Numbered from the stretch's first letter, positions 42,560 to 50,534 are shown. The stretch is 64,000 bases of DNA from Bacteroidales bacterium (GCA_018401015.1 JAGYLP010000008.1:33944-97943), one strand, 5' to 3'. Numbers and translations: made by a program. Notes: a model not told the origin generated them from the letters alone.

Positions 42560-43710
42560 TAATATTTAAAATCCATTAGGAGACTATCGGAAGGATGAAG
42601 AATTGCCGTTAATTCGAGCAAAATGCGGTGAGGCTCAAGAATTCCGGTCTCCCAGTAATCATTCCCACCCGCCTCATTTTGTCGTTTGTTATTATTAAAA
42701 ACCTTTCCTTCGCGGAAGGATTTAAAATCGCCAAGTCGAGAGTCTATCGATAAAATTTCTTCCAAACTTTGAGCAAATCCTGAGTTAATCCAGATATCGG
42801 CATCGGCTGCTTTTAAGTAAACAGTCTCAAGCGATAAAGCTTGCGGTTCGCGTTTTGTCCAATGCGACCAGACATAATTTCCACCGGCATCGGCAATAAA
42901 ATGAGCCAGGTAGGAATCCATCCCGGGTAAGTACCACACTTCCTTCCACGGTAATCCGGTAAGCACTCTCGGTTTATGCTGAAACTGGAAGTTGTTTTCT
43001 CTTACAGCTTCGTAGGAAACCTGGATAGAATCGAATAACTGCTTTGCTTTTGCTTCTTCCTGAACGAATGGAGCTAAGGCCTTAATCCATTCGGCCTTCC
43101 CTAAGGGATGCGTTTCGAGGTAGTCGGCCACCATAAAATCATTCATTCCCAACTCCTGAATTTTAGCAGAAATGGCAGAAACTTCGCTCCCAACCCCATA
43201 ACTAAATAGCAGATCGGGATCAACTTCAATCATTACTTCCCAATTTAGACCTCCTTCGCCACCAATCTCACGCAAATCGCCGATAGCAATGCGTTCTTTC
43301 AACTCAGGATGATGCAAGTACCTTGTGCCGGAAACTGCCTGAATTAGTGAAGTTTTTTCCAAAGCGTGCATAAAACCGACATGCGTGGACGACATACACG
43401 CCATCGATTCGATAGGAACAGGAATGTATTGTGCCTCGAAGTCAAAATAAGGTTGAGGCATTTCTTTGGGATAAAGGACGTAGATAAATTCGACCTCTTC
43501 AGCACCTTGCCACGGATCTTTCACCACGATAAACGTAATGTCATCCTTTTCGTAGAGTTCAAATCCTTTTGCATACGCCAATTCAATTTGACTCGTTCCC
43601 TGTGGAAAAGGATCCTCCATTTCAGGACCATCAGACCGGGGCGACTTACAGGCCACCGCTTGAAAAAGAGAAATAAGCAGCACTATACGTATGCTGATGA
43701 AATGCTTCAT
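42532..43710 (-). CDS. periplasmic/lipoprotein ABC substrate-binding protein, metal-chelate (FecB/BtuF, type 8) family; no cognate permease or ATPase in the window
   Basis: The track ORF is 42532..43761. Met18 (ATG at 43710) gives the lipobox LFQAVA-C-KSP. The body resembles iron-siderophore/cobalamin binding proteins (PIESMACMSSTHVGF..., DPDLLFSYG). Confidence 0.7.
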   Translation of the reverse strand: MKHFISIRIVLLISLFQAVACKSPRSDGPEMEDPFPQGTSQIELAYAKGFELYEKDDITFIVVKDPWQGAEEVEFIYVLYPKEMPQPYFDFEAQYIPVPIESMACMSSTHVGFMHALEKTSLIQAVSGTRYLHHPELKERIAIGDLREIGGEGGLNWEVMIEVDPDLLFSYGVGSEVSAISAKIQELGMNDFMVADYLETHPLGKAEWIKALAPFVQEEAKAKQLFDSIQVSYEAVRENNFQFQHKPRVLTGLPWKEVWYLPGMDSYLAHFIADAGGNYVWSHWTKREPQALSLETVYLKAADADIWINSGFAQSLEEILSIDSRLGDFKSFREGKVFNNNKRQNEAGGNDYWETGILEPHRILLELTAILHPSDSLLMDFKYYQRLDSLKL

Positions 43711-43794
43711 GGTAACGTTTGTCTCAAAAAAACAGGGGTGATCCCCGAACCCGAGAATCACCCATGTAATACTGTTATAAAAGATTTGCCTTAA

Positions 43795-45642
43795 CTACGG
43801 CTGAATCAAAATACGCTCGGCATGCACTTTATTTCGATCGCTAACCCGAATAAAATAGAGTCCTGCCTTAATGTTTTGCATATTAATTTGAATCCGGTCG
43901 GTAGCTTGTAAAGCTGTTTTAACCGCAATTTGTTTACCGCTTACATCAAAAACCTGAATGGTACATTCCGAGGAAACGGGTTCTAAGAAGGCTACGTTTA
44001 GGAGACCACGACTTGGATTCGGATAAATTTCGAAAGCTTTATCAGCGACAACTACTTCATCTACGCCAATAATAGCACCGGTCGTATTACATACGATAGG
44101 TTCTACGCCCAAGCTGGTATTATATCCTGCAAATAATGGAATTTCGTGCATTGGAACCCAATTGTTATTCACTTTAACCAACATGGTTGACAAACCATTG
44201 GATCCTCGGTTATGCGCCATAGAGCAACTAAATACACCTTCGCCATTATAAACCAATTCGTAACCCACAAAGAAAGTTCCGGCTACATCGAGCGGAGTGT
44301 CGAAATAGATGAAGTTTGAAAAGTTCGGAGCCAAGCTCGAAACAAACACTTCTTTTGATCCTATTTCGTTCGTAGGAACTGTGTTTCCGGACCACACAAT
44401 GAATCGAACTTTCGTTCCGCTAGGAGCATCGGCTATATCGACCCAAGCTTGCAACCCGTTCACTTTATCGTAAATGGAATCACTGTTGGTATAGCGGTCG
44501 GCGTAAGCTTGATAGAGGTAAAAATTGTTCCCCGGTACCACTCCCCACGGAGATACAGGTAGTACGACCAGTGAATCGTTCGATAACAAGTTTGTTACAG
44601 TATCGCACACTTCGACTATGGGTTCTTCGGCCAGCACGGTGATATACGCATATTTTGTGCTGTAGGAAGTACCCCAGGCATTGGTTGTGGTTAAATACAC
44701 ATTGTAAGTACCCGGATAATTATAGGTAATAGTCGTCGGATTTTGATCGATGGAGCTAATGGGGCTTCCTCCTTGGAAGGTCCAACTCCATTCATCCGGG
44801 TTTCCGAGTGTTAGGTCAAGGAAATTAATGGATTCGCCCACCATAATTTCCGTATCGGTTGCAACAAAATCGGGTGTTGGAGCCGAAGGATTGACTACAT
44901 AAACATATTCGGTACGTTCGTGCGTATCGGTTCCGTCGGAAACGACTAAGGTAACCGGATAAACACCGATGGCATCGTATAGAACCGTGACATTCTGACT
45001 AGTGGAAGTTGCTGGATCACCTCCGGCAAAAGTCCAGTTCCAGGAAATAGGATCTCCCAATGATTCATCGATAAAATTAACTGTGTTTCCATACACTACG
45101 GTTACCGGGTTAATGGTAAAGAGTGCTGTGAGTTGTTCCTGGCAAGGTTGAGCAACCGGACCATAACTTTCGATCGTTGTTACAGCACTGCTGGAGCTCA
45201 TATCCTGTTCGAGAATGGTTTTATCGACATCGATTAAAACCATGGTCGGGTAAGCCGTTACACCATAATCGGCGCAAACGGAGTTAGCACCACCATCTTG
45301 TCCGCTACAAGCCGGGAAAGTTCCCCCGTATTGTATCATCCAATCCGTGACTTCTGGATCTGTATCGCCGTTGTTAATTGCGAGAAGTACTACTTCGCCG
45401 TAATTACAACCAAAATGCTGGTAAGCATTTTCGATCGCAGGGACAGAAGCCTGACAGGTAGGTCAACTATTGAAGAAAAAGTACAAAGCCACCATTTGGC
45501 CATTGTCCAAATAATCGAACAGATTATGGACATTGCCTTGGGTGTCGGTTACCGTAAAATCGACGGCAGTGGTCAGACCGGTTTGCCCCCAAACCGAGGC
45601 GGCAAAAACCAATGCAAACACCGACAAAAGCAATTTTTTCAT
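43795..45642 (-). CDS. predicted selenoprotein: signal peptide, thioredoxin-fold (TlpA/redoxin-like, U-P-T-C active site, Sec60 encoded by TGA), two PKD-like domains, an unknown beta-rich domain and a T9SS C-terminal sorting domain
   Basis: The track gives only 43795..45339 (514 aa, no signal peptide). The same frame continues upstream through one TGA (45463-45465) to ATG 45642. My translation is MKKLLLSVFALVFAASVWGQTGLTTAVDFTVTDTQGNVHNLFDYLDNGQMVALYFFFNS-U-PTCQASVPAIENAYQHFGCNYGEVVLLAINNGDTDPEVTDWMIQYGG... The two PKD-like repeats contain WNWTFAGGDP and WSWTFQGGSP. The C-terminal domain reads EIYPNPSRGLLNVAF...GLYFIRV. Confidence 0.75.
45406..45438 (-). promoter_or_regulatory. candidate SECIS-like hairpin in the coding sequence, starting 25 nt 3' of the UGA
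   Basis: RNA sequence GCGAUC-G-AAAAUGCU-UACC-AGCAUUUU-GGUUGU: an 8-bp upper stem, a tetraloop, a bulged G, and a 6-bp lower stem with G-U pairs. The loop starts ~39 nt after the UGA and lacks the loop G of published bacterial SECIS models, so this is tentative. Confidence 0.35.
45463..45465 (-). other. in-frame UGA, predicted selenocysteine codon (residue 60)
   Basis: This is the only stop between ATG 45642 and the stop at 43795. It occupies the position of the first Cys of the CxxC motif. Confidence 0.7.
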
Positions 45643-45679
45643 AAGCTAGTAAAGTTTAAAATGATCATCAAATGACTCT

Positions 45680-45687
45680 CAAAGATA
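45680..45687 (-). promoter_or_regulatory. candidate -7 box TATCTTTG (TAnnTTTG) for the selenoprotein gene
   Basis: The plus strand reads caaagata, so the minus strand reads TATCTTTG. It lies 38-45 nt upstream of ATG 45642. Confidence 0.35.
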
Positions 45688-46128
45688 TATAATTCACTCG
45701 TATGTAGCACGCATTTTTAAAATAAGACCTAAACATCTTATTTGGGTTAAACAAGCCTAAAAACAGACCCTCCCGAAGGAAGTTTTTCAACCCTAAAAAC
45801 AGCCATCCTAAGGGTTAGACGCACCTCCTTCCAAAAGGTTGCCTCTTAGTACCTCCTAATTTCGGTCCAATCCTCCTATTGCTTATCAAATCGGATTATG
45901 GTTTAGTCCAACCGAGAATCCCACACCAAGTTGCCCGTCCCGATTCGTGTCTATAGGATCTTGAATTTCGAATCTTAAACCTTAAACTTTGAATCCGCTC
46001 TTCCCAAAACATTTCCCCTTTAATGGAAGATGGAAAATACTATCTTTCGCGCTGGTTTAGTTTTCGGACAAATCTTCGACCTCGTTGGGATTATTCTGGT
46101 CGGATCGGAATCCTATTCAAAACCAATA

Positions 46129-46224
46129 CAGAGGGGACGGATCTGGTGGTTCATCTGGTCTTCAAAACCAGCAGCAGACGGATAAAACCGGCTGTGGCAG
46201 GTTCGATTCCTGCCCCCTCGGCCA
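46129..46224 (+). tRNA. selC: tRNA-Sec (anticodon UCA)
   Basis: Folded by hand. D arm: ggatc-tggt-ggttc (46139-46152), a long stem with a 4-nt loop. Anticodon arm: ctggt-cTTCAaa-accag (46155-46171), with anticodon TCA at 46162-46164. Long variable arm: cagc-aga-cgg-ataaaa-ccg-gctg (46172-46194). T arm: gcagg-ttcgatt-cctgc (46197-46213). Acceptor: gagggg / cccctc, followed by ggcca. The exact 5' and 3' ends are ambiguous (see findings). Confidence 0.8.
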
Positions 46225-46245
46225 AGACACTTTACTTACTATTAC

Positions 46246-47655
46246 ATGAGCGACCATCACGCTAAATTGAGTTCAATCCCGGGTGTTGATACACTCATAG
46301 AGGTTGAAGCTATTCGCAACTTATTGGATAAGCATCCTTCGCGACTCGTTAAAAGCATTATTCGCGAACAATTAGATGAAGCCAGAGAGCAAATAAAAGC
46401 TGGCCATGAGGTTAGTACTCAAGGCTTGATTGATGCTATCGTGGCGGTTTGTTCCAATACCTTCAAACCCTCTTTAAAGAAGGTTTTGAATGCGACTGGA
46501 ATACTGATACACACCAATTTAGGAAGAGCTCCCTTAGGAAAAGAAGTGCTCGAAGAAGCCTGGCAAGTGTTGGAAGATTACAACAACCTCGAATTCGACC
46601 TGGATAAAGGGAAACGAGGCAGTCGATACAAACATGTGAGCCAATTGATTTGCAAGATTACCGGGGCGGAATCAGCCTTGGTGGTAAATAATAATGCCGC
46701 CGCCTTAATGCTCATCCTGCGAACCTTTGCCAAGAATCGGGAAGTAATTGTATCTCGAAGTGAGCTGATCGAGATCGGAGGATCTTTTCGTCTGCCCGAT
46801 ATCATGGCTGCCAGCGATTGCAAAATGGTAGAAGTGGGCACTACCAATAAAACCCGTTTAAGCGATTATGCACACCACATAACCGACGACACCGCGCTCC
46901 TGCTAAAAGCACACTGGTCGAATTTCATCATCAAAGGGTTTACCGAGGAAGTTCGTCCCGATGAGTTAGCTGCGCTAGGAAAAGAAAGAGGAATCCTTTC
47001 CATGCTTGATTTGGGTTCCGGGTTACCCGACAATCGCATTCATCCGCTACTGCAAAGTGAATTAGATATTCGAACTGCTTTGAACAGTAACGTCGATTTG
47101 GTTTGCTTTAGCGGCGACAAGCTGTTTAATGGGCCGCAAGCTGGAATTATTCTCGGAAGCGAAAGCTTGATTAATCAGCTAAAAAAAGAGCAAATGACCC
47201 GTGCCTTGCGGGTAGGAAAAACCACCTTGGCTTTACTGGAAACGGTTTGCAAGCGGCATTTAAAATCGGATAATCAATCGCTCGATTTACCCATTTATCG
47301 AAAACTAAACCGGAGCAAACAAGAATTCCTCGAATTAGGCGAAAAACTTCTTCGATTATTGGAATCGATAGGTCTCGAAGGAGAGATTATTCCATCCGAA
47401 GGACGATTTGGTGGCGGAGCATTGCCTGAAACCATCATTCCCTCCTACTCCGTAGAATTGAGCAAACCGGCCAAAAAAGCGCATCATGAAAAACTCCATT
47501 TCGGTCTTATGAAGCATCCTCGACCGGTTGTGAGTAGCCTGATTAAAGGTCGATTATCGTTCAATTTGCTTAGCTTAAACGAACACGATTTAGAACCCCT
47601 GGTGCAGAGCCTATCCGACGTATGGACTCGATTAGGTGCACCGAAAGAGAACTGA
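46246..47655 (+). CDS. selA: L-seryl-tRNA(Sec) selenium transferase
   Basis: 469 aa. N-terminus LSSIPGVDTLIE, motifs VLNATGILIHTNLGRAPL and VNNNAAALMLIL, and the PLP-lysine motif FSGDKLFNGPQAGII. Confidence 0.9.
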   Translation: MSDHHAKLSSIPGVDTLIEVEAIRNLLDKHPSRLVKSIIREQLDEAREQIKAGHEVSTQGLIDAIVAVCSNTFKPSLKKVLNATGILIHTNLGRAPLGKEVLEEAWQVLEDYNNLEFDLDKGKRGSRYKHVSQLICKITGAESALVVNNNAAALMLILRTFAKNREVIVSRSELIEIGGSFRLPDIMAASDCKMVEVGTTNKTRLSDYAHHITDDTALLLKAHWSNFIIKGFTEEVRPDELAALGKERGILSMLDLGSGLPDNRIHPLLQSELDIRTALNSNVDLVCFSGDKLFNGPQAGIILGSESLINQLKKEQMTRALRVGKTTLALLETVCKRHLKSDNQSLDLPIYRKLNRSKQEFLELGEKLLRLLESIGLEGEIIPSEGRFGGGALPETIIPSYSVELSKPAKKAHHEKLHFGLMKHPRPVVSSLIKGRLSFNLLSLNEHDLEPLVQSLSDVWTRLGAPKEN

Positions 47656-49589
47656 CTTTGAACAAGCACCTGATAATTGGCACCGCTGGACATGTCGATC
47701 ATGGGAAGACAGCCCTCGTAAAAGCGCTCACCCAAATCGACTGCGATACCCATCCCGAAGAAAAACAGCGAGGCATCACCATTCATTTAGGATTTGCCCA
47801 TATCCGTTTACCCGATGGGAATGAGTTTGGAATAGTGGACGTTCCCGGTCATAAAGATTTCATTCAGACTATGGTTGCCGGGACCTCCGGTATCGATTTA
47901 ATCCTGTTAGTGATTGCAGCCGACAGCGGCATTATGCCCCAAACCCGGGAACATTTATCGATTATTCAAGCTTTGGGAGTGACCCGGGGTATTGTCGTCA
48001 TTAGCAAGAGTGATTTGGCCGATCAGGAATGGCTCGATATGTTGGAGTTGGATATTCGCTCTTTTCTCGAAGGCAGTTTCCTGAATGAAGCTCCTATTGT
48101 GCGCGTATCGTCACAAACCGGACACGGACTTACGGATCTAGTGGATTTATTGCAAGCGGAAGCTCTATTCTGTAAAAGCAAACCGTCGGAAGGCGCTTTT
48201 CGATTATACATCGACCGATTATTCAGCGTGAAAGGACAAGGATATGTAGCTACCGGCTCGGTCCTTTCCGGTCGCATACAGAGCAAGGATAAAGTTTATT
48301 TACTCCCTTCCGGGAAAGAATACACCGTAAAAGGAATTCAGCGATTTGGCCGGGAGGTAGCCGATGCTTTTGCCGGCGATCGAGCTGCTATCAATTTAGC
48401 CGGGTTCAAGCCGGAAGATTTTGAGCGCGGCATGCTATTAAGTTCAAGCATCCGATCGACCAGCGAGCGAGCCGATGCCAGTATCCAGCTCTTCCCGGGT
48501 TCTACCATCGGGAAAAAGCATAGCTACGTACTTTTTTTATGTGGAACCTTCCAGACCAAAGCGCGCATGCACCTCATCGACGCTTCCAAGCTGGAAGAAG
48601 GAGAAGAAGCCATTGTCCAATTTCACTTCGATAAAAAACCGATTTTAGAGCGAGGCGACCGTTTCATATTGCGAAACACTTCGAACGATTCGAGCTTGGG
48701 AGGAGGCTACATAATAGACTCTCAACCCTTGCATCACAAGCGCCCGAAAGCCGATTTGATTGAATCATTGCAAGGATTAAAACAAGCTATCGAGTCGCAG
48801 GCCAATGAATTAAACCTGTTAGCTTTGAGTCTGCTGAAACTCGACGGCCCTGTAAAGGTGAGCCAGTTGTGCGATGAAGCATCGATACAGACAAATCCAT
48901 CCGAATTTTCCCGAGAAGAATTACTAGCCGAAGGGATTCACTATTTTCCGGAATTAGACATGCTGGTTCATCGCGTTTATCTGGAAAAGATCGAGCAAAA
49001 GGTCCTTGCAATATTGGCTGAACATCATCAAAAATTCTATCTGTTAGCGAGCGGATTGACAACCTCTGCTTTATCGGGGAAACTAGGGATACGCGCCAAA
49101 ACGCCCGCCGACCAACTCATCCCTCATCTTTTACAACTAATTCCTTCCATACGCGAACATCAGGGGCAGTGGATGCTTGCGAACTTTACGGTTAAGTTGT
49201 CGGCAAAGGATCGAGAGGACTTGGAATGGATGGTTGAGCAATATGCCCATTACGAGTGGAACAAACCCGTAGAGGAAGATTTGGATCAGGAAGCGAATAA
49301 GCGGAACATTGCTAAGGAAAAACGCAAAATGTATTGTCAGTATTTGGTAAACGATGGCCGCTTATACGCTTACGATCAAGGCTTTCTGCACGCATCGGTG
49401 GTTAAGCAGGCGAAAGAACGGGTAGTGGAAGAATTAATTCGGCGGGGGAAAGGGATGAATGAAGGAGATTTCCGGACCTTGCTCGGAGCCACGCGAAAGA
49501 TTGTCCCGCCCTTATTGAGTATTTTGCAAAAAGAAGGTGTTATCACTCAGGAAAAATTCATTATCGCCCTACCCGATTCAAAAAAATGA
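47622..49589 (+). CDS. selB: selenocysteine-specific translation elongation factor
   Basis: 655 aa. IIGTAGHVDHGKTALVKALT, DVPGHKDF and SKSD GTPase motifs, with a long C-terminal winged-helix-type extension. An alternative TTG start at 47658 lies 3 nt after the selA stop. The ATG at 47622 overlaps selA by 34 nt. Confidence 0.88.
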   Translation: MDSIRCTERELTLNKHLIIGTAGHVDHGKTALVKALTQIDCDTHPEEKQRGITIHLGFAHIRLPDGNEFGIVDVPGHKDFIQTMVAGTSGIDLILLVIAADSGIMPQTREHLSIIQALGVTRGIVVISKSDLADQEWLDMLELDIRSFLEGSFLNEAPIVRVSSQTGHGLTDLVDLLQAEALFCKSKPSEGAFRLYIDRLFSVKGQGYVATGSVLSGRIQSKDKVYLLPSGKEYTVKGIQRFGREVADAFAGDRAAINLAGFKPEDFERGMLLSSSIRSTSERADASIQLFPGSTIGKKHSYVLFLCGTFQTKARMHLIDASKLEEGEEAIVQFHFDKKPILERGDRFILRNTSNDSSLGGGYIIDSQPLHHKRPKADLIESLQGLKQAIESQANELNLLALSLLKLDGPVKVSQLCDEASIQTNPSEFSREELLAEGIHYFPELDMLVHRVYLEKIEQKVLAILAEHHQKFYLLASGLTTSALSGKLGIRAKTPADQLIPHLLQLIPSIREHQGQWMLANFTVKLSAKDREDLEWMVEQYAHYEWNKPVEEDLDQEANKRNIAKEKRKMYCQYLVNDGRLYAYDQGFLHASVVKQAKERVVEELIRRGKGMNEGDFRTLLGATRKIVPPLLSILQKEGVITQEKFIIALPDSKK

Positions 49590-49630
49590 CAAAAAAGGGG
49601 TTAGCTTAATTCTAAATCTAGTGCGAGGGA

Positions 49631-50515
49631 TTAGTTGAGCGACTGAATGTATTTTTCCAGTTCATCGAGCCGATCGATAATTCGTATGGGCGATTTTTCG
49701 GGCAACGGATGTTTTGAGCTGGCCGAACCGGTAAGCACAATTTGATGTTTGGGGAAGCTGGCGTGCAATTCGGCTATGAATGTTTCCCATTGCGATTCGT
49801 TCATGGGCATGATTACGGAGATAATCATGTGTTTTGCTTTCCAGAATTTTTCGACTTCGGCTACCGAGTTTACCGGTGTTCCCGAACCTATATACAAGAC
49901 CGTGAATCCCTTTTTCTTCAGCAGATAATAGGCATACAATAAACCCATTTCGTGTAAATCTTTTTCCGGGAGGAAGAGGATGAATTTACGGTCGGTATCA
50001 TTCTTCTCGTTGGGGATGGACTCGATGGTAAAGATGAGTTTTTGCCGGATCAGGTTGGAAATAAAATGCTCCTGAGCGGGAGTAATGGATCCACTTAGCC
50101 ACAAGAGGCCTATTTTTTCGAGCGATGGTAAAATGAGTTGTATGTAGGTTTCTTCGAAAGAAAATTGTTCGACTGCCTGATTGAATAGTTCATGAAATTT
50201 ATCCTCGTTGAGCGTAAGCATAGCAAGGATTAGCGCTTCAATTTTATCGGAAATACCGGATGCCCGCGAGGTTACCTCGAGCACTTTCTTTTCAATATCC
50301 TCTTGGGCTAAACTCGCCAAATAGGAAATTTTCATTCCTTTATTATTGAGAATGGCGATGTTGAGAATATGTCGAAGATCGTCGTCGGAATACGAACGAA
50401 TATTGGTATCGGTTCTCCCCGGATCGATGATGCCATAGCGTTTTTCCCAAATTCGGATGGTATGCGCTTTGATCCCCGAAAGGTTTTCTAAATCTTTGAT
50501 GCTGTATTGAGCCAT
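49631..50515 (-). CDS. MerR-family regulator with C-terminal cobalamin-binding domain (CarH/LitR-like)
   Basis: 294 aa. N-terminal HTH YSIKDLENLSGIKAHTIRIWEKRYG. The C-terminal domain carries a DxHxxG B12-binding motif (EKDLHEMGLLYA). Confidence 0.75.
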   Translation of the reverse strand: MAQYSIKDLENLSGIKAHTIRIWEKRYGIIDPGRTDTNIRSYSDDDLRHILNIAILNNKGMKISYLASLAQEDIEKKVLEVTSRASGISDKIEALILAMLTLNEDKFHELFNQAVEQFSFEETYIQLILPSLEKIGLLWLSGSITPAQEHFISNLIRQKLIFTIESIPNEKNDTDRKFILFLPEKDLHEMGLLYAYYLLKKKGFTVLYIGSGTPVNSVAEVEKFWKAKHMIISVIMPMNESQWETFIAELHASFPKHQIVLTGSASSKHPLPEKSPIRIIDRLDELEKYIQSLN

Positions 50516-50534
50516 TGTAGTTGGATTTTATCCC

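Noticed and set aside
45463-45465. The TGA as an inactivating mutation, making the gene a pseudogene or two separate genes
   Set aside because: Four observations argue against it. It is the only stop in 1848 nt of otherwise open frame. It falls precisely on the first Cys of a CxxC motif. The upstream piece has the signal peptide that the downstream T9SS-domain piece lacks. A tRNA-Sec/selA/selB cassette is adjacent. A sequencing error (TGC or TGT read as TGA) cannot be excluded without the reads.
45298-45675. Track ORF 45298..45675 (+), 125 aa
   Set aside because: It is antisense to the N-terminal thioredoxin-fold part of the selenoprotein gene. It has no recognisable motif, and the minus-strand reading gives a coherent signal peptide plus redoxin sequence.
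46023-46265. Track ORF 46023..46265 (+), 80 aa
   Set aside because: It runs straight through the tRNA-Sec gene (46129-46224), and its translation is low-complexity. It is explained by the RNA gene.
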